Notes under the pieces: generated by a model
Told to the model about the DNA's origin: nothing
The model's database searches: none
What the model saw: the letters and a program-made list of their open reading frames with translations, nothing else
Origin: Selaginella moellendorffii
Lineage: Eukaryota > Plantae > Lycopodiophyta
DNA: 64,000 nt
NCBI RefSeq assembly: GCF_000143415.4
Contig: NW_003314374.1
Span: forward strand, 22,604 to 86,603
Reading direction: 5' to 3'
Part shown: positions 61,684 through 64,000 of the stretch, piece after piece
Layout: the number at the start of each line of letters is the position of its first letter
How positions within the stretch are numbered: position 1 is the stretch's first letter
Made by a program: the position numbers and the translations under genes

Positions 61684-64000
61684 CAAAACATCACTTCAAT
61701 GCCATTACCACTAAGACAAAGCTAAAAGAAAGTAAGAGTGAATCACCATTCAAAGCTCTTTAGCAACTAAGCTAACCAAATAACGAAGATATGTTAGTCA
61801 GTATTTAAGATTAATCCTTCAATAATACTCAGTTACAGATAACACATTATCAAGGAGTGATTCACCACATCCAAGACTCAATGCAATCCAACACCACAGA
61901 CTAAACATAACCAAATAATATTAACAAAGGTAAAGTTAATATTAATAAAGGTATGCTAACATGGAAAAACCATGTAAGTTTAAAAGACATGATCCTCCGC
62001 GATACCATTCGATAAAGCAAGTTCATCATTGATAAATTTTCATCGAGCAAGATAAATGTTAACAGTCCTTAACGAAGTTTTCAAGCAATCATTAGTTGCA
62101 AAACAACTAATGATCACTTTTCAACTTGCCTTTATAAGACCCAAACACTAAACTTATGCCATCGAGTTATATACTTGTCTAACATGAATATAATACCTCA
62201 AGTACGAGATATAGGAACATGATTAAGCATAAAGTAAATGACCACTCAAATCCAACTCAACTGCAATAAGCTCATTAATGCATTTAGCCAATAGCTCTGA
62301 GCATACCTTGAAGAAGTTAGCTATATATGATTAACACTTAGTCGAAACTAAAGTGAAGACTATGAGATGCACTCATATTGGTACACAACATCCTCATAAA
62401 CAAAACTATAGTATAAGTACTAACATCTTAACTTCAAATAACTAAGTTGGACATCACCATCTTTAGCCAAGGCATAAAGCTACTAAGACTAAATCAAAAT
62501 TAGTGAGAGCTCACTACTCTCATAGAGTTTAACAAAGTACAAGGTGCAACCTACCACTAAGTACAATGCTACAAAATAAAAGCATAAGGGTCACCTTTCT
62601 TAAAAAATTGCAATTGCCACTTTTCTTCACCATCTCTAAACTCTAATTAACTCAATTTCTTTAGCCTTAAAAGTTAACATCCCTTTTCGAGTTATATCAT
62701 ACAAACTATTTACTAAGGTTTAAGTTAATTGAAATCAATTCTAACCTTTCATTAGTTTATACTGGCTTATGAAAATGGAATGGTTTTCAAGCAAAGTGAT
62801 CAACAAATTAGCCATTAGAAAAGCTTAAGAAAATTGTGGAAAATTTCCCATCCTAGAGAAAGAAGGACTCTCAGTATAGGAATACAAATTTTCAAGACTC
62901 AACAAACTTCCTCTTACCAACAACTTCACATAGGTTCACCTCAACACATTCTCATGACCCAACAATATACTAAGCATCGAACATTTTTCTCATATTTCTG
63001 ATATCTAACACCGACATTCATGAAATATAAAATGAACAAGGCTTAATCACGAAGACTATATCTTCATATATCCACATTGCACTAACACTCTTTTTCAATC
63101 ACTTCCAAAATCCAATGTGAAGCCAAAACACTAACAAGAAAAATGACATGGAAAATTAAGCTCTAAGGAAAATTCCTCATCACTTGAAACAACAATGTGA
63201 TTTCCACTAACACAAGTGTTAGCATTGTTAATATGTCAACTACACACTTTTTCCATCCAACAATATATTCTAAGTGCTAATGGATAAACCAACAAGCCAT
63301 AGCAAATGAATGCTATAACCCTTTCCAACACTTTATGGGTAAACTTTTAAGGAAACAAGGTACCAACTCAAGTTTAGTATAATGAATCATCATAAAGAAT
63401 TTAGTCAAAGCTATTACAATGCTACTATGTGCAAGTAAATTAGCTTCACCATCAACCACTTTGGAGTTGATCATCGTTTACCTAAGCAACTTTGTAAATA
63501 CATTGCTTACGATCACATAGATATGATATAGAAATCACAATAACTTGATCATCAATTGAGTAATACCACGAGCAATGCTTATATCACTACTATAAAGGTT
63601 TACATAAGTATTAAGTGTCAAATCAATTTGATAAAATGCAACATAAATGTCACACCCCACCAATAAAGATTTACAACACTGAACACCACTAACTTTATTG
63701 GCAACATAAACAAGCTTATGCCATTCTCTATTTGACCAAACTCAAAATTAATCCAAAACCAAGTCACTCAAGGAGCAATAGTAAGATTCCATGGAAAAGA
63801 ATTGAGCATTGTAATCCAAATCTCTAATAGCAAGCCTAGACAAAATGGTTTAGTGTTTCACTACTATCTATCCTATAACTCACCATTTGTAAAACCATCA
63901 TTTTTAACATGCATCAAGGTAAAGACTCTTGATTGCAATGTGAACACAAGCAATGAGTTAACACTTCGTTGCAAATTATCTCTCCAAGAAAAGAAAATAA
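61684..64000 (-). mobile_element. Diverged copy of the LARD-like interior, colinear with ~41712-44010; runs off the window edge
   Basis: Continuous similarity from catcacttcaatgcca to gcaatgagttaacac..tctccaaga. Confidence 0.85.

Overview
Eukaryotic land-plant genomic DNA. Tiny 45-90 nt GT-AG introns, tight gene packing and a CxC-type Penelope-like element suggest a lycophyte such as Selaginella (inference). Bases 1-15 kb are gene-dense: VPS22/SNF8 (5' part), a divergent TCTP/SSU72 pair, a long acidic repeat-rich unknown gene and an intact 11-exon 2OG-Fe(II) dioxygenase, with LINE, GDH and microbial-type lactonase remnants in between. Bases 12-23.5 kb are a decayed three-unit tandem duplication, including a clean ~970 bp inversion inside one dioxygenase copy. 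Bases 23.5-64 kb are nested retroelements: Copia and Gypsy/chromovirus remnants, a 648-bp TRIM and a 6.5-kb non-coding LTR element. Two features stand out. The first is a ~7-kb Penelope-like retroelement (45221-52211, minus strand) with a CxC-RT but no visible GIY-YIG endonuclease, a ~600-codon unknown ORF and phase-compatible spliceosomal introns. The second is an AT-rich secreted chimeric GNA-type lectin ORF broken by one in-frame TGA. There are two assembly gaps (10724-11064, 61522-61683). Exon coordinates were read by eye; no database searches were run.
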